The position numbers and the translations under genes were made by a program. A stretch of 63,685 nt of DNA, the filler included, from Chiloscyllium plagiosum (lineage: Eukaryota), in assembly GCF_004010195.1 (NCBI RefSeq). It is 4 parts of one record of this genome, joined end to end, with 100 filler letters (N's around TTAATTAATTAA, not from the genome) between each part and the next. Parts side by side here need not be neighbours in the genome. Positions count along the whole stretch, not along the records: positions 44,279 to 58,901 come from NC_057712.1; positions 59,002 to 63,685 come from NC_057712.1; 2 more parts are not named here. One strand, 5' to 3'. The notes beneath the pieces were generated by a model, which saw only the letters and a list, made by a program, of their open reading frames with translations, was not told the DNA's origin and ran no database searches. Of the stretch, positions 50,449 through 61,974 are shown piece after piece. Within the stretch, counting starts at the first letter, position 1. The number at the start of each line of letters is the position of its first letter.

Positions 50449-51081
50449 CACTCCAAAACTTATATTACATTTGTAAAATCTATGCAAAGCAATATCATGA
50501 GATAGTGTAGCATAATTGAACATTGGTGTTTTGATTAAAAAATTATTGGAACATTTGATTATGTCTTGCAGAATGGGGAAATGATGCGTAAACTAAAAAG
50601 GTTTACTTGTTAAGTTCTGTTTTTTTTCCTTCTCACTTTTTGTTATAGATCAAGAGCCAATTGAATACCGGAGCCAGCTGTCAGAAAATTATTTCACCAA
50701 ATGTTCTCTGTACTTAATGCTTAGACATTATGAGATTTTACTGCTATGCTATGTTATAAAATGTTGGCCACTAGTGGATAAAAGTATTTTTTTCTTTGGC
50801 TGTAAATCAAGTTGTGATCCAGATTAGTTAACCTTATTTTGACTGAAGGTGACATCCAACATTGACCATTTAACATGCTCAATATCTGTGCTTGGCCATT
50901 TGTAGAATTCTGTTAAGTTAGTTTGCAGTACCCCTTTTGTTAGTTCATATTAGACTATTTCAGTTTGTGTTTTCTTCTGTTTTTAAAAATTCTTTCATGC
51001 ATGACAGCGTTGCTCACCAGATCACCATACATTATCCATTCCTGATTGCCAGGGAGATGGTGCTGGTGAGCTGTCTTCTTC

Positions 51082-51173
51082 AATAGAATCATAGAGTCAC
51101 AAAGCACAGACACAGGCCCTTCAGCCTAATAGAATCATAGAGTCACAAAGCACGGACACAGGCCCTTCAGCCT
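51082..51173 (-). repeat. 46-bp tandem duplication of a CR1 tail
   Basis: aatagaatcatagagtcacaaagcacRgacacaggcccttcagcct twice, one mismatch. Confidence 0.93.
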
Positions 51174-51996
51174 AATTCATCCATCGCTGAAGTCCATTTG
51201 GTATAAGTATTCTCATAACTGTTTGATGATAATAGCAGAGTGAGGGATATGCTGGGTCATGAGTTTACAGGTTATGGTTAAATACAATTTTATTGCAGCT
51301 GACAACAAACAGAGCTTCGTGGACGCCTATTTTTGACCGACTGAATCTGTTCTGAATCTCGTATTCCTTCAGAAGGTTATGGGTTGTATGTTCAATGTGA
51401 ACACAGGACTTCATTTGCACAGGCATTACGTGGCAGTTGCTTCTACAAAAACTGTTAAGGAGAGATGCTTCTGTCACAGGTAGATTGCTGAAAGTGAAGT
51501 CTAGTAGGATTTTTCCAGTGTGTTGGTTCTGTCATAACCTGTTGCAGGCCCAGTCTGGAATGTATGTGTATATCTTTCAGGACTCACCCAGCTTGATTAG
51601 TAGTGGTCCTACCAAGGCAACTTTGGTGATGGGCATTGAAACCCTAAGCAAGAGTACATTCTCTGGTCTTGCTACGTTTTGCAAATGCAGCTCAATATAT
51701 CAGCTGAGACTGAAGTAGGGTGGTGGTTGGTAGTAATCAGGAGGTGTTTTAGTCCTTATCTGATTTGATGCCATGAGACATCATGGAGTCTAGAGTCAGC
51801 CTTGATGTTCAGGATGACTCCATTCTTACTATATTACTGTGCTACTAACTGCTGGGTCTGGGACTGTTTAATCTTTTAATACTTTGAGCATTCTAGTAGT
51901 TGTTAGTTGATTTATGAGCTACACTGAAACCCAGTTCTTGATACAACAATTTTAAGAGTTTCTTTAAATTTATAAGTTATTTTCTGCTAAAATTGT

Positions 51997-53128
51997 AACC
52001 CACTACTTCCTGTCAGCCAAAGCTCCATTTGCAGCCACTGTAATAACCTGCAACTGTGTAAACAATGTTCACAGTGACTATTTGTTTTTGCCAAAGGAAT
52101 AGGATGTTCTCAGGATGGTGATGGAGGTGGCTGAGAAATTTGCTTTTGGTTATGATTCATTGACTAGGAGAAAGTGAGGACTGCAGATGCTGGAGAGTCA
52201 GAGTCGAAAAAGGTGGTGCTGAAAAAGCACAGCAGGTCAGGCAGCATCTGAGAAGCAGGAGAGTCAGCATAAGATTCCTGACGAAGGACTTATGCCTGAA
52301 ATGTTGACTCTCCTGTTCCTCGGATGCTGCCTGACCTATTGTACTATTCCAGCACCACCATTTTCGATTATGATTCATTGAGTATAATTATGTCAGCCTG
52401 TTACTTGATCCGTAAATGTCATTGTCCTATCAGAAGGCATGCTGAAAATCGAACCTTGGTACTCCCAGAGTGTCACAAAAGTTATAAGACTTTTAAAAGT
52501 ACACAAAGATTCTCTAATCTATCTGTCTTTTAGACCAGGGGGGTTGACAGGTGAGGCATCTGTACTCTAACAGTTATAAAATATTGGCATAACACTCTAC
52601 TACTCCTCTATTCCTCTTCTAAAATCCCCTTTGCTCACAAACAGACAGGAAGAAAGACATAATTATGCATTGGGTGAAAATATTCAAAAACAGTTCATTG
52701 GTTCATGTTCACAAAGGTTGCTGAGATGATTCTTGTACTGATCAGAAAGTTGCTTCTCAGTTGCCTTCTGGATGCTTCCACCAGTTTTCCAGAGACCCAC
52801 TGTGGCTGGTTCACTGACAGAAGGTATCTGGTTTATTAAAAGTCATAGCGCACAGCTGCTTTTGAAGGAGCGATAAAGTGATTTTCTTCAGGCTTAAAGT
52901 GACTTATTGCAGGAAGCAGAGCGAGCTAATGATGGTCCGAAGACTTCTCTTGTTCACAGCCTCAAGTTGTTCAGGTACCTGTGAACCATCACATAATTGT
53001 TGGCAGGCAGAAGACCTTTGTCATTCGTATCTGATCATTACTCCACAAACCAACCCACTACTTCCTGTCAGCCAAAGATCCATTTGCAGCCGCTGTAATA
53101 ACCTGCAACTGTGTAAACACTGTTCACA
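51997..53128 (+). repeat. 77-bp dispersed direct repeat (51997-52073 and 53052-53128)
   Basis: aacccactacttcctgtcagccaaag...acctgcaactgtgtaaaca.tgttcaca; three mismatches. Confidence 0.93.
52164..52367. mobile_element. Palindromic PLE-tail element with hammerhead (52278-52305)
   Basis: Perfect 14-bp TSD ttatgattcattga at 52150-52163 and 52368-52381. CTGACGA-aggac ttat gcct-GAAA-TGTT. Confidence 0.92.
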
Positions 53129-53793
53129 TTGAGTATCAAGTCACTTGCTTTCACTCCACACAGTAATGCTTGTAGTTCCTGGCTTTAAAACTCTTTTCTT
53201 ATTTTAACTTCACAATAAAAAAAACACAAAAGTAAAAGACACAGCCTTTACAATAGCTCTCCCAATTTTGGCACATTTATCCAGATATTGTGAGGAGGAG
53301 TTTCCAGGGGTAACAGGGAATGGCGCGCCACTATTGTTCCCCATGCTTAGGTTGATGCTAGGTGCTTTGTTTAGCAAATGAACTTCTTTCATTTTTAATT
53401 ATTCTTCTCTGATCTATCCTTCCTGAACTTACTACAGTTTTGCATATCAATCCTACCATCAACTTCTTGAATAAGCTCTGTTTCTGGAATCCTTGCAGTA
53501 AAGGAGATGAAATTGGATAGTATGATACCCTTCCAAAATGTCACCCTCTCTGATTTCTGCTGTATAACTTGATAGTTCTGATACAGCACAACATAATAGA
53601 ACAACCTCCTTTTTAAAAAAAACTGAGGCATTCATAGGGGGATCTATATAATCCTAACAATTCAGGTTTCACTGAATTTGCTTGTGTTAATGGATGTTGT
53701 GCAAAATTTAAATTTTCTGCCACTAACATTTACCCTTCACCTAATATCTCATCTCTATCATTAGTATTCCTTTTATCTTTTGCTCTGTGTACT

Positions 53794-54119
53794 AGATTAG
53801 ATTAGATTAGATTAGATTAGATTACAGTGTGGAAACAGGCCCTTCGGCCCAACAAGTCCACACCGACCCGCCGAAGCGAAACCCACCCATACCCTTACAT
53901 TTACCCCTTACCTAACACTACGGGCAATTTAGTATGGCCAATTCACCTGACCCTGCATATCTTTGGACTGTGGGAGGAAACCGGAGCACCCAGAGGAAAC
54001 CCACGCAGACACGGGGAGAATGTGCAAACTCCACACAGTCAGTCGCCTGAGGCGGGAATTGAACCCGGGTCTCTGGCGCTGTGAGGCAGCAATGCTAACC
54101 ACTGTGCCACTGTGCCACC
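53794..54119 (-). mobile_element. Young HE1-type V-SINE with (AGATT)n tail
   Basis: CpG-rich V-domain, tRNA head, gtact duplicated at 53789-53793 and 54120-54124. Confidence 0.95.
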
Positions 54120-54300
54120 GTACTCTTAACATCTATTCTACTTGATCATCCTCTTCTACAGCATGAAACCCACCACTTTTCCAGCCCTTCCAATTCTGAA
54201 GAAGTGTTATGTTGGACTCAAAACATTAACTCTGGTTCTTGCTCCAAAGGCATTGCCAGATGTGTTGAGTTTTGTCCAGCACCTCTTGTTTGCAGTTTTG
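54120..54300 (+). mobile_element. PLE 3' UTR/tail with decayed hammerhead
   Basis: ttctgaagaagtgttatgttggactcaaaacattaactctg followed by the family tail. Confidence 0.6.
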
Positions 54301-54789
54301 CTAAGTTTCAGCTTTAAGCCAAAACCACTATCCTGTCAAACTAGTGGCTGAAGTTGAAACTACAGAGAACTTATTACATGGTGCAAGTGGAATAACTGTC
54401 ATATGAATTACATAAGTTACGCCACTATGCAATGCATATAAGAGAAATTATAATGTAGATATTGTTTGCAATGGCCAAGGCAAGTTTTGAGCCAATGCCC
54501 AGGGCAGACCTTCAACTTCTGTAGGAGAGTAGAGGGACTTAAATGACCTCCCAGTGAACAGCTGGTCCAGAAAATTAAAAACAAAAGAGTTGTTGAACCA
54601 CTAGTTCCGAAACAAATAGTTAATTAAACAGTCGAGGGACATCCAGTAAAAGATTTCATTTAGTTTCCTTAACCAATGACAGTACCCAATAAAGAAGGAA
54701 TCTGTTGAGATTACTTATGATTGCATTAAAAAAGAAATCATGTAGCTGAGAAGAAATGTGGCCAGAGAGGCAAAAGAACTCAATCAAGT

Positions 54790-55732
54790 TTGATTTGGAT
54801 GTGAACTTCAGAGACATAATTATTGAGTTTGCAGATGACACCAAAATTGGAGGTGCAGTGGACAGCAAAGAAAGTTACCTGAAATTACAACGGGATATTG
54901 ATCAGATGAGTCAATGGGCTGAGGAGTGGCAGATGAAGTTTAACTGAGATAAATGCGAGTTGCTGCACTTTGGGAAAGCAAATCTTAGCAGGACTTATGC
55001 ACTTAATGGTAAGGTCCTAGGAAGTATGCTGAACAAAGAGGCCTTGGAGTGCAGGTTCATAGCTCTTTGAAAGTAGACTAACAGCTTGATAGGATAGTGA
55101 AGAAGGCGTTTGGTACTCTCCTTTATTAGTCAGAATATTGAGTATAGGAGTTGGGAGGTCATGTTGAGGCTGTACAGGACGTTGGTTAGGTTACTTTTGG
55201 AACATTGTGTGCAATTCTGGTCTCCTTCCTATTGGAAGGATGTTGTGAAACTTGGAAGTGTTCAGAAAAGATTTATAAGGATGTTGCCAGGGTTGGAGGA
55301 TTTGAGCTATAGGGAGAGGCTGAATAGGCTGGGCTATTATCCCTGGAGTGTCGGAGGCTGACCTTATAGAGGTTTATAAAATTATGAAGGGAATAGGATA
55401 AATAGACAAAGTCTTTTCCTGGGGGGGGAAAGGAGACCAGAACTAGAGGGCATAGGTTTAGGGTGAGAGGGGAAAGATATAAAAGAAAACTAAGGGGCAA
55501 CGTTTTCATACAGAGAGTGGTGCATGTGTGGAATGAGCTGCCAGAGGAACTGGTGGACGCTAGTACAATTGCAACATTTAAAAGACATCTGGATGGGTAT
55601 ATGAATGGGAAGGGTTTGGAGGGATATGGGCAAAGTGCTGGCAAGTGGGTCTAGATTAGGTTGGGATATCTAGTCGGTATGGACGAGTTAGACTGAAGGG
55701 TCTGTTTCCATGCTGTACATTTCTATGACTTT
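54790..55732 (+). mobile_element. CR1/HER1 3' part
   Basis: EFADDTKIGG, EYRSWEVMLRLYRTLVR, FIQRVVHVWNELP and tail. Confidence 0.95.
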
Positions 55733-56199
55733 AAGTTCAACAAAAGAGTGCCAACAACTGCTACCATTCACTGGTACTATGTTAAATCTTGGTCAGTGAG
55801 TTGGCTGAGAATACACAGTTTGAGAACTGACAGCAGTTCATCATCATGGACAAATTATTAGTGTCAAAAACTAGTTATTCCAGCTTTCCTTTGGGAAGAT
55901 TTATTGAAAAGGGTACATTGAAGACTGTAAAGCAATGGCAGGTTTACATCCAGGGTTCAGTCAGCGTTGTGGCTAGAGGTCTCAAAATAAATGGAAGCTA
56001 TCATAATCATTGTGAAATTTACAATTATGCAGGTTTATCAAATCTGGAGAAGACTCCTGTTGTCACTGAAAGTGATTCAGAAGCTAAAACATGGCAATAT
56101 TTCTGAGAAGAAGCAAATAATGAGAGCAAGAATGAACGGTACTTAAGCCCTTCTTTTAACTAATGCTCAAACAACAAACCCTCTGATGATTAAATTGAT

Positions 56200-56830
56200 T
56201 CAACAAAACAGTCAATGCCGATTAGGAGATAGTGCTAGGTGAACAGCAATGTCTCAGTAATGTGACTGAGAGTTCATAAAAGTTTACTTCACCAGGGAGA
56301 ACAAGGTAAAAAAAAAGTATCTGATCAAAAATGACAAAATTAAGCAGCATATGACTCCAAGGGAGCAAGACTATTGCATACAGGTGGAAGTAATCAAGAA
56401 AAATAAACTGCATGGTTTAAATATCAAGGATACTTCAACCAATAAAGAACTTGTTTCACCAGAGCAAATTCTTTCAGGATGGACACTTGTGAGATTTAAT
56501 GTCCATCAGATGATGTTATTTGGGAACTACTTCAATTAGCAGAGTAGAATTCCTTTATAAAGGAAATCAAGGAGTTAAGGATCCACCAAATAAGGTACTG
56601 ACCTAACAACAAGGTCTACCAGGAATGAGCCCTTTGTGAAGAATATCTGATAGATGAAAGAATCTCCAGCAAAGAAACAATCCACAAATCAGAACCAAGG
56701 TCAAAGATCCTCAAATAAAATCCTATCATTCTTCAAAGTCTGAAGTGACAAAAGTGAAAGGTCCAGAGTACCCATATATTTGCGAATGAAGGGTGGAGAT
56801 TGGATGGTAATATGTGAATGTAAATATATG
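56200..56830 (+). pseudogene. Possible highly decayed Gypsy integrase C-terminus and PPT
   Basis: SPGRTR/PGEQ..TPREQDYCIQVE loosely resembles the GDxV...PRSYxV tail; purine run gaagggtggaga near 56790. Confidence 0.3.
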
Positions 56831-57028
56831 TATATAAATATGTAGGGTTAACAATGGGGACAATGCTTGTGGGAAGATGTATTAAAAGATTATGGTTTTG
56901 AAGAACATGTTACATTGGCTCCATTCATTCTACTGTTGTCATACACAGTCAAGTAGTTGGTGGAGACATGTAGTGCTGCTAAAGTGCTGCAGAAGGAGCA
57001 GATTCATCTGTACTAGCTCCCTATTGTA

Positions 57029-57385
57029 CAGAACAATCTTGATTATCTGAGCGAGACAGGAGTGGGCTATTTTGTTTGGATAATTGATCATTCAGATAAT
57101 TGATCTGATCGTAAACAAATGGTAATTTCTGAGTGCCAGTTATCTGAACATGCTTCAGTTATCTGGCAATACATGCCATAATGCCGTTTGACTGATAACT
57201 GATTTGATTGTAAACAAGTGGTTTGAATGTCGGTTATTGAACATGTCTCGATTATCCGGCAATGCACACCATAATGGCATTTAACTGAATGCTGAGTTGC
57301 CTAATGCCGTTTACGGGACCTTGAGATCTTGTTTGGATAATCCGAAATTCAGATAATTGACATTTGAATAATCGAGGTTGTCCTG
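57029..57385. mobile_element. Tigger/pogo-type (Tc1/mariner) MITE with TA target duplication
   Basis: ta|cagaacaatcttgattat ... ataatcgaggttgtcctg|ta terminal inverted repeats, subterminal ggataat repeats, and an internal ~100 bp imperfect tandem duplication. Confidence 0.85.
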
Positions 57386-58094
57386 TACAGAATTTGTAAT
57401 TAAACTTGACCAACTGTAGTTGTACTTATTGCTATCATACAACAATGCCATTATGTGAGGACAGTGCCTCTTTTGTAGTTACTTGACAGAGATTTATCTT
57501 TTGTCATTAATCAGTAGATAGGCCTAAAATAAAACAAAGGCATTGTAATTGCTGGCAATGAACTACCTTAAGCTTTACTCTGTATTACTGACATGTATGT
57601 GTGGCAAATACCACATGATACCAATAGAGGTCATCTGGGAAAGTGCAATGTTGGGCCTTAAACCCAATTATTTTAGGAATGAAAATGTTGTGCATCCCCA
57701 AAAAGCTTGCTGGTAAAACAGGTTTAAATATTATACACTACATTTCTGAAAGTGGCCCTAGTTATGTCCAAGAGAGGAGATTAGAAGAAAAAATGATGTG
57801 AAAACTGACACAGTGTCGTAGCAAACTTAAATATGCATCATCCTTGTTGGGGGGGCAGGGGAATGGTTGGAGCAATATTTAAATATGTATAGTGGCTTCA
57901 GGGGAATAATGGCTTCTCACTATGATGGGAAGGAAAAACTAAAAATACTGCCTTTGCTTATTTTTTACTCATCTGTACATCCCTTACATTGTCCCTCATT
58001 TGCTATCATGGAATCAATAAATTGATGTCTCTGTATTTGTGGTTCCAAGAGCAAGTCAGAAGTTAGAAATTCAGCGTCAACTAATTGACTCTCT

Positions 58095-58390
58095 TTCCCC
58101 CAACACTGATCACTAACGTACAATCCAGAAGGAGAATGGTATAATCTTCACTTTCCTGGATGAGTGACGCTTGAAGAATACTTAAGAGTTCACACCATTC
58201 AGGATAAAATAACCTACTTGACTGGCACCCAATCTCCTACCTTCAATATTCACTCCTTTCACCAATGATACACAGTGACAGCAATGTGTGCTGTCTACAA
58301 GGTGCACCAAGGCTCCTGTGATAGCACTTTCCAAACCTGAAACTATCGCCTAGAAGGACAAGAGCAGCAGATGGACAGGAACGCCAAAAG
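58095..58390 (+). mobile_element. LINE family B 3' fragment
   Basis: accattcaggataaaa...cacagtgacagcaatgtgtgctgtctacaaggtgcac matches 22760-22870. Confidence 0.75.
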
Positions 58391-58497
58391 GCCATAAGCC
58401 CAAAATTGTCCATTTTAAATTGGCCAAGGGTCACAGAACATTCTGGAAGGTCTGAGCTGATGGGGGATAGAAACACACACCTGGGAGTCAAGATAAA

Positions 58498-58901
58498 TCA
58501 TAGAACATAGAAGAATACAGTGCAGTACAGGCCCTTCGGCCCTCGATGTTGCGCCGATCCAAGCCCACCTAACCTACACTAGCCCATTATCCTCCATATG
58601 CCTATCCAATGCCTGCTTAAATGCCCATAATGAGGGAGAGTCCACCACTGCTACTGGCAGGGCATTCCATGAACTCACGACTCGCTGAGTAAAGAACCTA
58701 CCCCTAACATCTGTCCTATACCTACCCCCCCTTAATTTAAAGCTATGCCCCCTTGTAATAACTGACTCCATACGTGGAAAAAGATTCTCACTGTCGACCC
58801 TATCTAAACCCCTAATCATCTTGTACACCTCTATCAAGTCACCCCTAAACCTTCTTTTCTCCAATGAAAACAACCCCAAGTGCCTCAGCCTTTCCACATA
58901 C
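58498..58901 (-). mobile_element. Young CR1 3' end
   Basis: ORF 58574-58897: LGLFSLEKRRFRGDLIEVYK..FFTQRVVSSWNALP. Confidence 0.93.
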
Positions 58902-59001
58902 NNNNNNNNNNNNNNNNNNNNNNNNNNNNNNNNNNNNNNNNNNNNTTAATTAATTAANNNNNNNNNNNNNNNNNNNNNNNNNNNNNNNNNNNNNNNNNNN
59001 N

Positions 59002-59813
59002 GGGACTTTGATATGATGCAGAGCTGGGCTGAGGAGTGGCAGATGGGGTTCAACCCTGCCAAGTGTGAGGTTGTCCATTTTGGAAGAACAAATAAGTATG
59101 CGGAATACAGGGTTAATGGTAGGGTTCTTAGTCAGGTGGAGGAACAGAGGGATCTTGGGGTCTATGTACATAGATCTTTGAAGGTTGCCACTCAGGTGGA
59201 TAGAGTTTGTAAGAAGGCCTATGGAGTATTATCGTTCATTAGCAGAGGGATTGAATTCAAGAGTCGTGAAGTGATGTAGCTGTACAGGACTTTGGTTAGG
59301 CCACAGTTGGAGTACTGTGTGCAGTTCTGGTCGCCTCACTTTAGGAAAGATGTGTAAGCTTTGGAGAGGGTGCAGAGAAGGTTTACCAGGATGTTGCCTG
59401 GAATGGAGAATAGGTCGTACGAGGATAGGTTGAGAGTTCTCGGCCTTTTCTTGTTGGAACGGCGAAGGATGAGGGGTGACTTGATAGAGGTTTATAAGAT
59501 GATCAGAGGAATAGATAGAGTAGACAGTCAGAAACCTTTTCCCCGGGTGCAACAGAGTGTTACAAGGGGACATAAATTTAAGATGAAGGGTGGAAGGTAT
59601 AGGGGAGATGTCAGGGGTGGGTTCTTTACCCAGAGAGTGGTGGGTGCATGGAATGCGCTGCCTGTGTGAGTGGTAGAGTCAGAATCTTTGGTGACCTTTA
59701 AGCGGTAATTGGATAGGTACATGGATGGATGCTTAAGCTAGGACAAATGTTCGGCACAACATCATGGGCCGAAGGGCCTGTTCTGTGCTGTATTGTTGTA
59801 TGTTCTATGTTCT
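59002..59813 (+). mobile_element. Young CR1 3' end with in-frame stops
   Basis: WQMGFNPAKCEVVHFG, RRRMRGDLIEVYK; very similar to 44318-44845; (ttctatg)n tail. Confidence 0.95.
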
Positions 59814-59814
59814 A

Positions 59815-60190
59815 AATTTGTTGCAGTAGCATAGCTACATCCTCAGATCAGGACCCCTTACATTGAGGACCATATTTTGTCTCCAGTACCATCTTATTTT
59901 TAATTTCTTATAATTATCTCTCTGCCTCAATTAATCGGATCATAGATCATGCCTTCACTAGCTATTCAGTTGTTGACACTTTACTCACAGTGTCCAACAC
60001 GTTTGATCACCTGCAGAAACTTGTTACTCAGCCTGTTGACACTCCATTCACACCATTTGTATGATGTTTTGATCTCTCTGCCCGTAAATTCTGTGCCTTT
60101 TTACTTCTCTTCACTTCACCTGATGCAGGAGCAGTGCTCCAAAAGCTTGTGATTTCATATAAACCTTTTGTAGTGTGACCTGGTGTCTTG
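59815..60190 (+). mobile_element. PLE 3' UTR with decayed hammerhead (60120-60150)
   Basis: ctgatgc-aGGAGC agt GCTCC-aaaagctt-gtgatttcatataaacc; same tail as the 16395 palindrome. Confidence 0.6.
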
Positions 60191-61039
60191 TGGGTTCTGA
60201 CATTGAGGGCCATAGTTATCTTTTCCCATTACCTTTTGGGTGTGTCTTGAAGACCTTCAGGCACTCTACAGATAAAGGAAATTTTTCCTTCACTATCACC
60301 ACCAAGGCATCCAGTGTTGCATCTGAACATGTTAGAACCCATGCTTTCCCATATCCTTCTGTCCAGCCAAAATGTACTTCTCCTTTAAGAAATATAGATT
60401 ATTTTTAAGTGATACTAACCTCTCATGATAATAGTGACCAGTCAATCAATGCTACATATTGTGCAGGCTGGATGTTGAAGTCATTTAAAATAAGCACAAA
60501 GTATCTACCCAGTTTTGAGGGATATTGACTTTGGTATACACAGAATCTAAACTAGGAAATATGAATCAAATTTCCAATTTAATTTAGTTTCTAATTTGAT
60601 GTACAGGAAGTGAAATAATATAAGGAAAAGGACGATGAGATTAATGGAGCAAGATAAAAGAAAGCAAAGTAATGAAAAATACTATTTAGATTTTCTTTAA
60701 AATCTCCAACAATAATTAAAATCTGAAGGAAAAACATGTGTAAAACTAAATGCTCAGTGCCAGAGAGGTTGTTTGGCAATAATTAAGATTTCACTTTCAT
60801 TGAAACAGATATTACCCACTAAACATATTGGGTTTAAGTGGCTGAATGCACAACTTCATGCCCTCCGTGTATTTTAATTCTGAATCCCTCAGCAAGATAC
60901 TTCAATAGCATAACTTTTGGAGGAGCTGGGCAGATCAATGATTAACTTTTTGATTTCCACATTTAATTGCAGAAGGGTAGATGTTGAAAGTCGCTAATGA
61001 TTTATTCCACAGTAACAGTGAGTGCTGACAGTGTAAAGC

Positions 61040-61974
61040 TAGGGTGTAGGTTTGCTCACTGAGCTGTAGGTTTTATATCCAGACATTTCATTACCTGGCT
61101 AAGTAACATCATCAGTGGCGACCTCCAAGTGAAGCAAAGCTGTTGTCTCCTGCTTTCTATTTATATCTTTCTCCTGGATGGGGTTCCTGGGGTTGTGGTG
61201 ATGTAATTTCCTGTTCGTTTTCTGAGGGGTTGATAGATGACATCTAGATCTATGTGCTTGTTTATGGCGTTGTGGTTGGAGTGCCAGGCCTCTAGGAATT
61301 CTCTGGCATGTCTTTGCTTAGTCTGTCCTAGGATAGATGTGTTGTCCCAGTCGAAGTGGTGGTTTTTTTCATCCATGTGTAGGGCTACGAGGGAGAGGGG
61401 GTCGTGTCTTTTTGTGGCTAGCTGGTGTTCATGAATCCTGGTGTCTAACTTTCTTCCTGTTTGTCCTACGTAGTGTTTGTGGCAATCCTTGCATGGAATT
61501 TTATAGATGACGTTGGTTTTGTCCATGGGTTGTACTGGGTCTTAAAAGACCCAGCTAGCCACAAAAAGACACGACCCCCTCTCCCTCGTAGCCCTACACA
61601 CTGATGAAAAAAACCACCATTTCGACTGGGACAACACATCTATTCTGGGACAGGCTAAGCAAAGACATGCCAGAGAATTCCTAGAGGCCTGGCATTCCAA
61701 CCACAATGCCATAAACAAGCACATAGATCTAGATGTCATCTATCAACCCCTCAGAAAATGAACAGGAAATTACATCATCACAACCCCAGGAACCCCATCC
61801 AGGAGAAAGATATAAATAGAAAGCAGGAGACAACAACTTCGCTTCACTTGGAGGTCGCCACTGATGATGTTACCTAGCCAGGTAATGAAATGTCTGGATA
61901 TCAAACCTACAGCTCAGCGAACAAACCTACACCCTAAACCTCAACTTGAGCTACAAACCTTCACAAACCTTGCG
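61040..61974. mobile_element. Penelope-like element inserted as a ~930 bp fold-back (minus arm 61040-61543, plus arm 61551-61974)
   Basis: Minus ORF 61161-61526 has the GIY-YIG motif NVIYKIPCKDCHKHYVGQTGRKLDTRIHEH. The arms are reverse complements over ~385 bp. TSD agtgtaaagctagg at 61030-61043 and 61975-61988. Confidence 0.95.
61858..61897 (+). ncRNA. Minimal type I hammerhead ribozyme of the PLE (mirror copy on the minus strand at ~61079-61118)
   Basis: cca-CTGATGA-t-GTTACCT agcc AGGTAAT-GAAA-TGTC-tgg: conserved core, stem II, GUC cleavage triplet ending at 61894, cca/tgg stem I. Confidence 0.75.

Larger units (their letters stand above)
50990..52410 (-). mobile_element. Fragmented LINE family B (3' tail and endonuclease pieces) with several inserts
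   Basis: Tail ttctttcatgcatgacagcgttgctcaccag..gagatggtgctggtgagc. APE-like PDIIIL segment on the minus strand near 52400. Interrupted at 51082-51173, ~51865-52100 and 52164-52367. Confidence 0.6.

Noticed and set aside
57100..57300. Spaced short repeats superficially like a CRISPR array
   Set aside because: Eukaryotic context, degenerate units and no unique spacers; they are internal repeats of a MITE.
58498..59813. Apparent inverted CR1 pair around a gap
   Set aside because: The two copies differ in sequence (different subfamilies) and are separated by an unsized contig join, so they cannot be called one inverted element.
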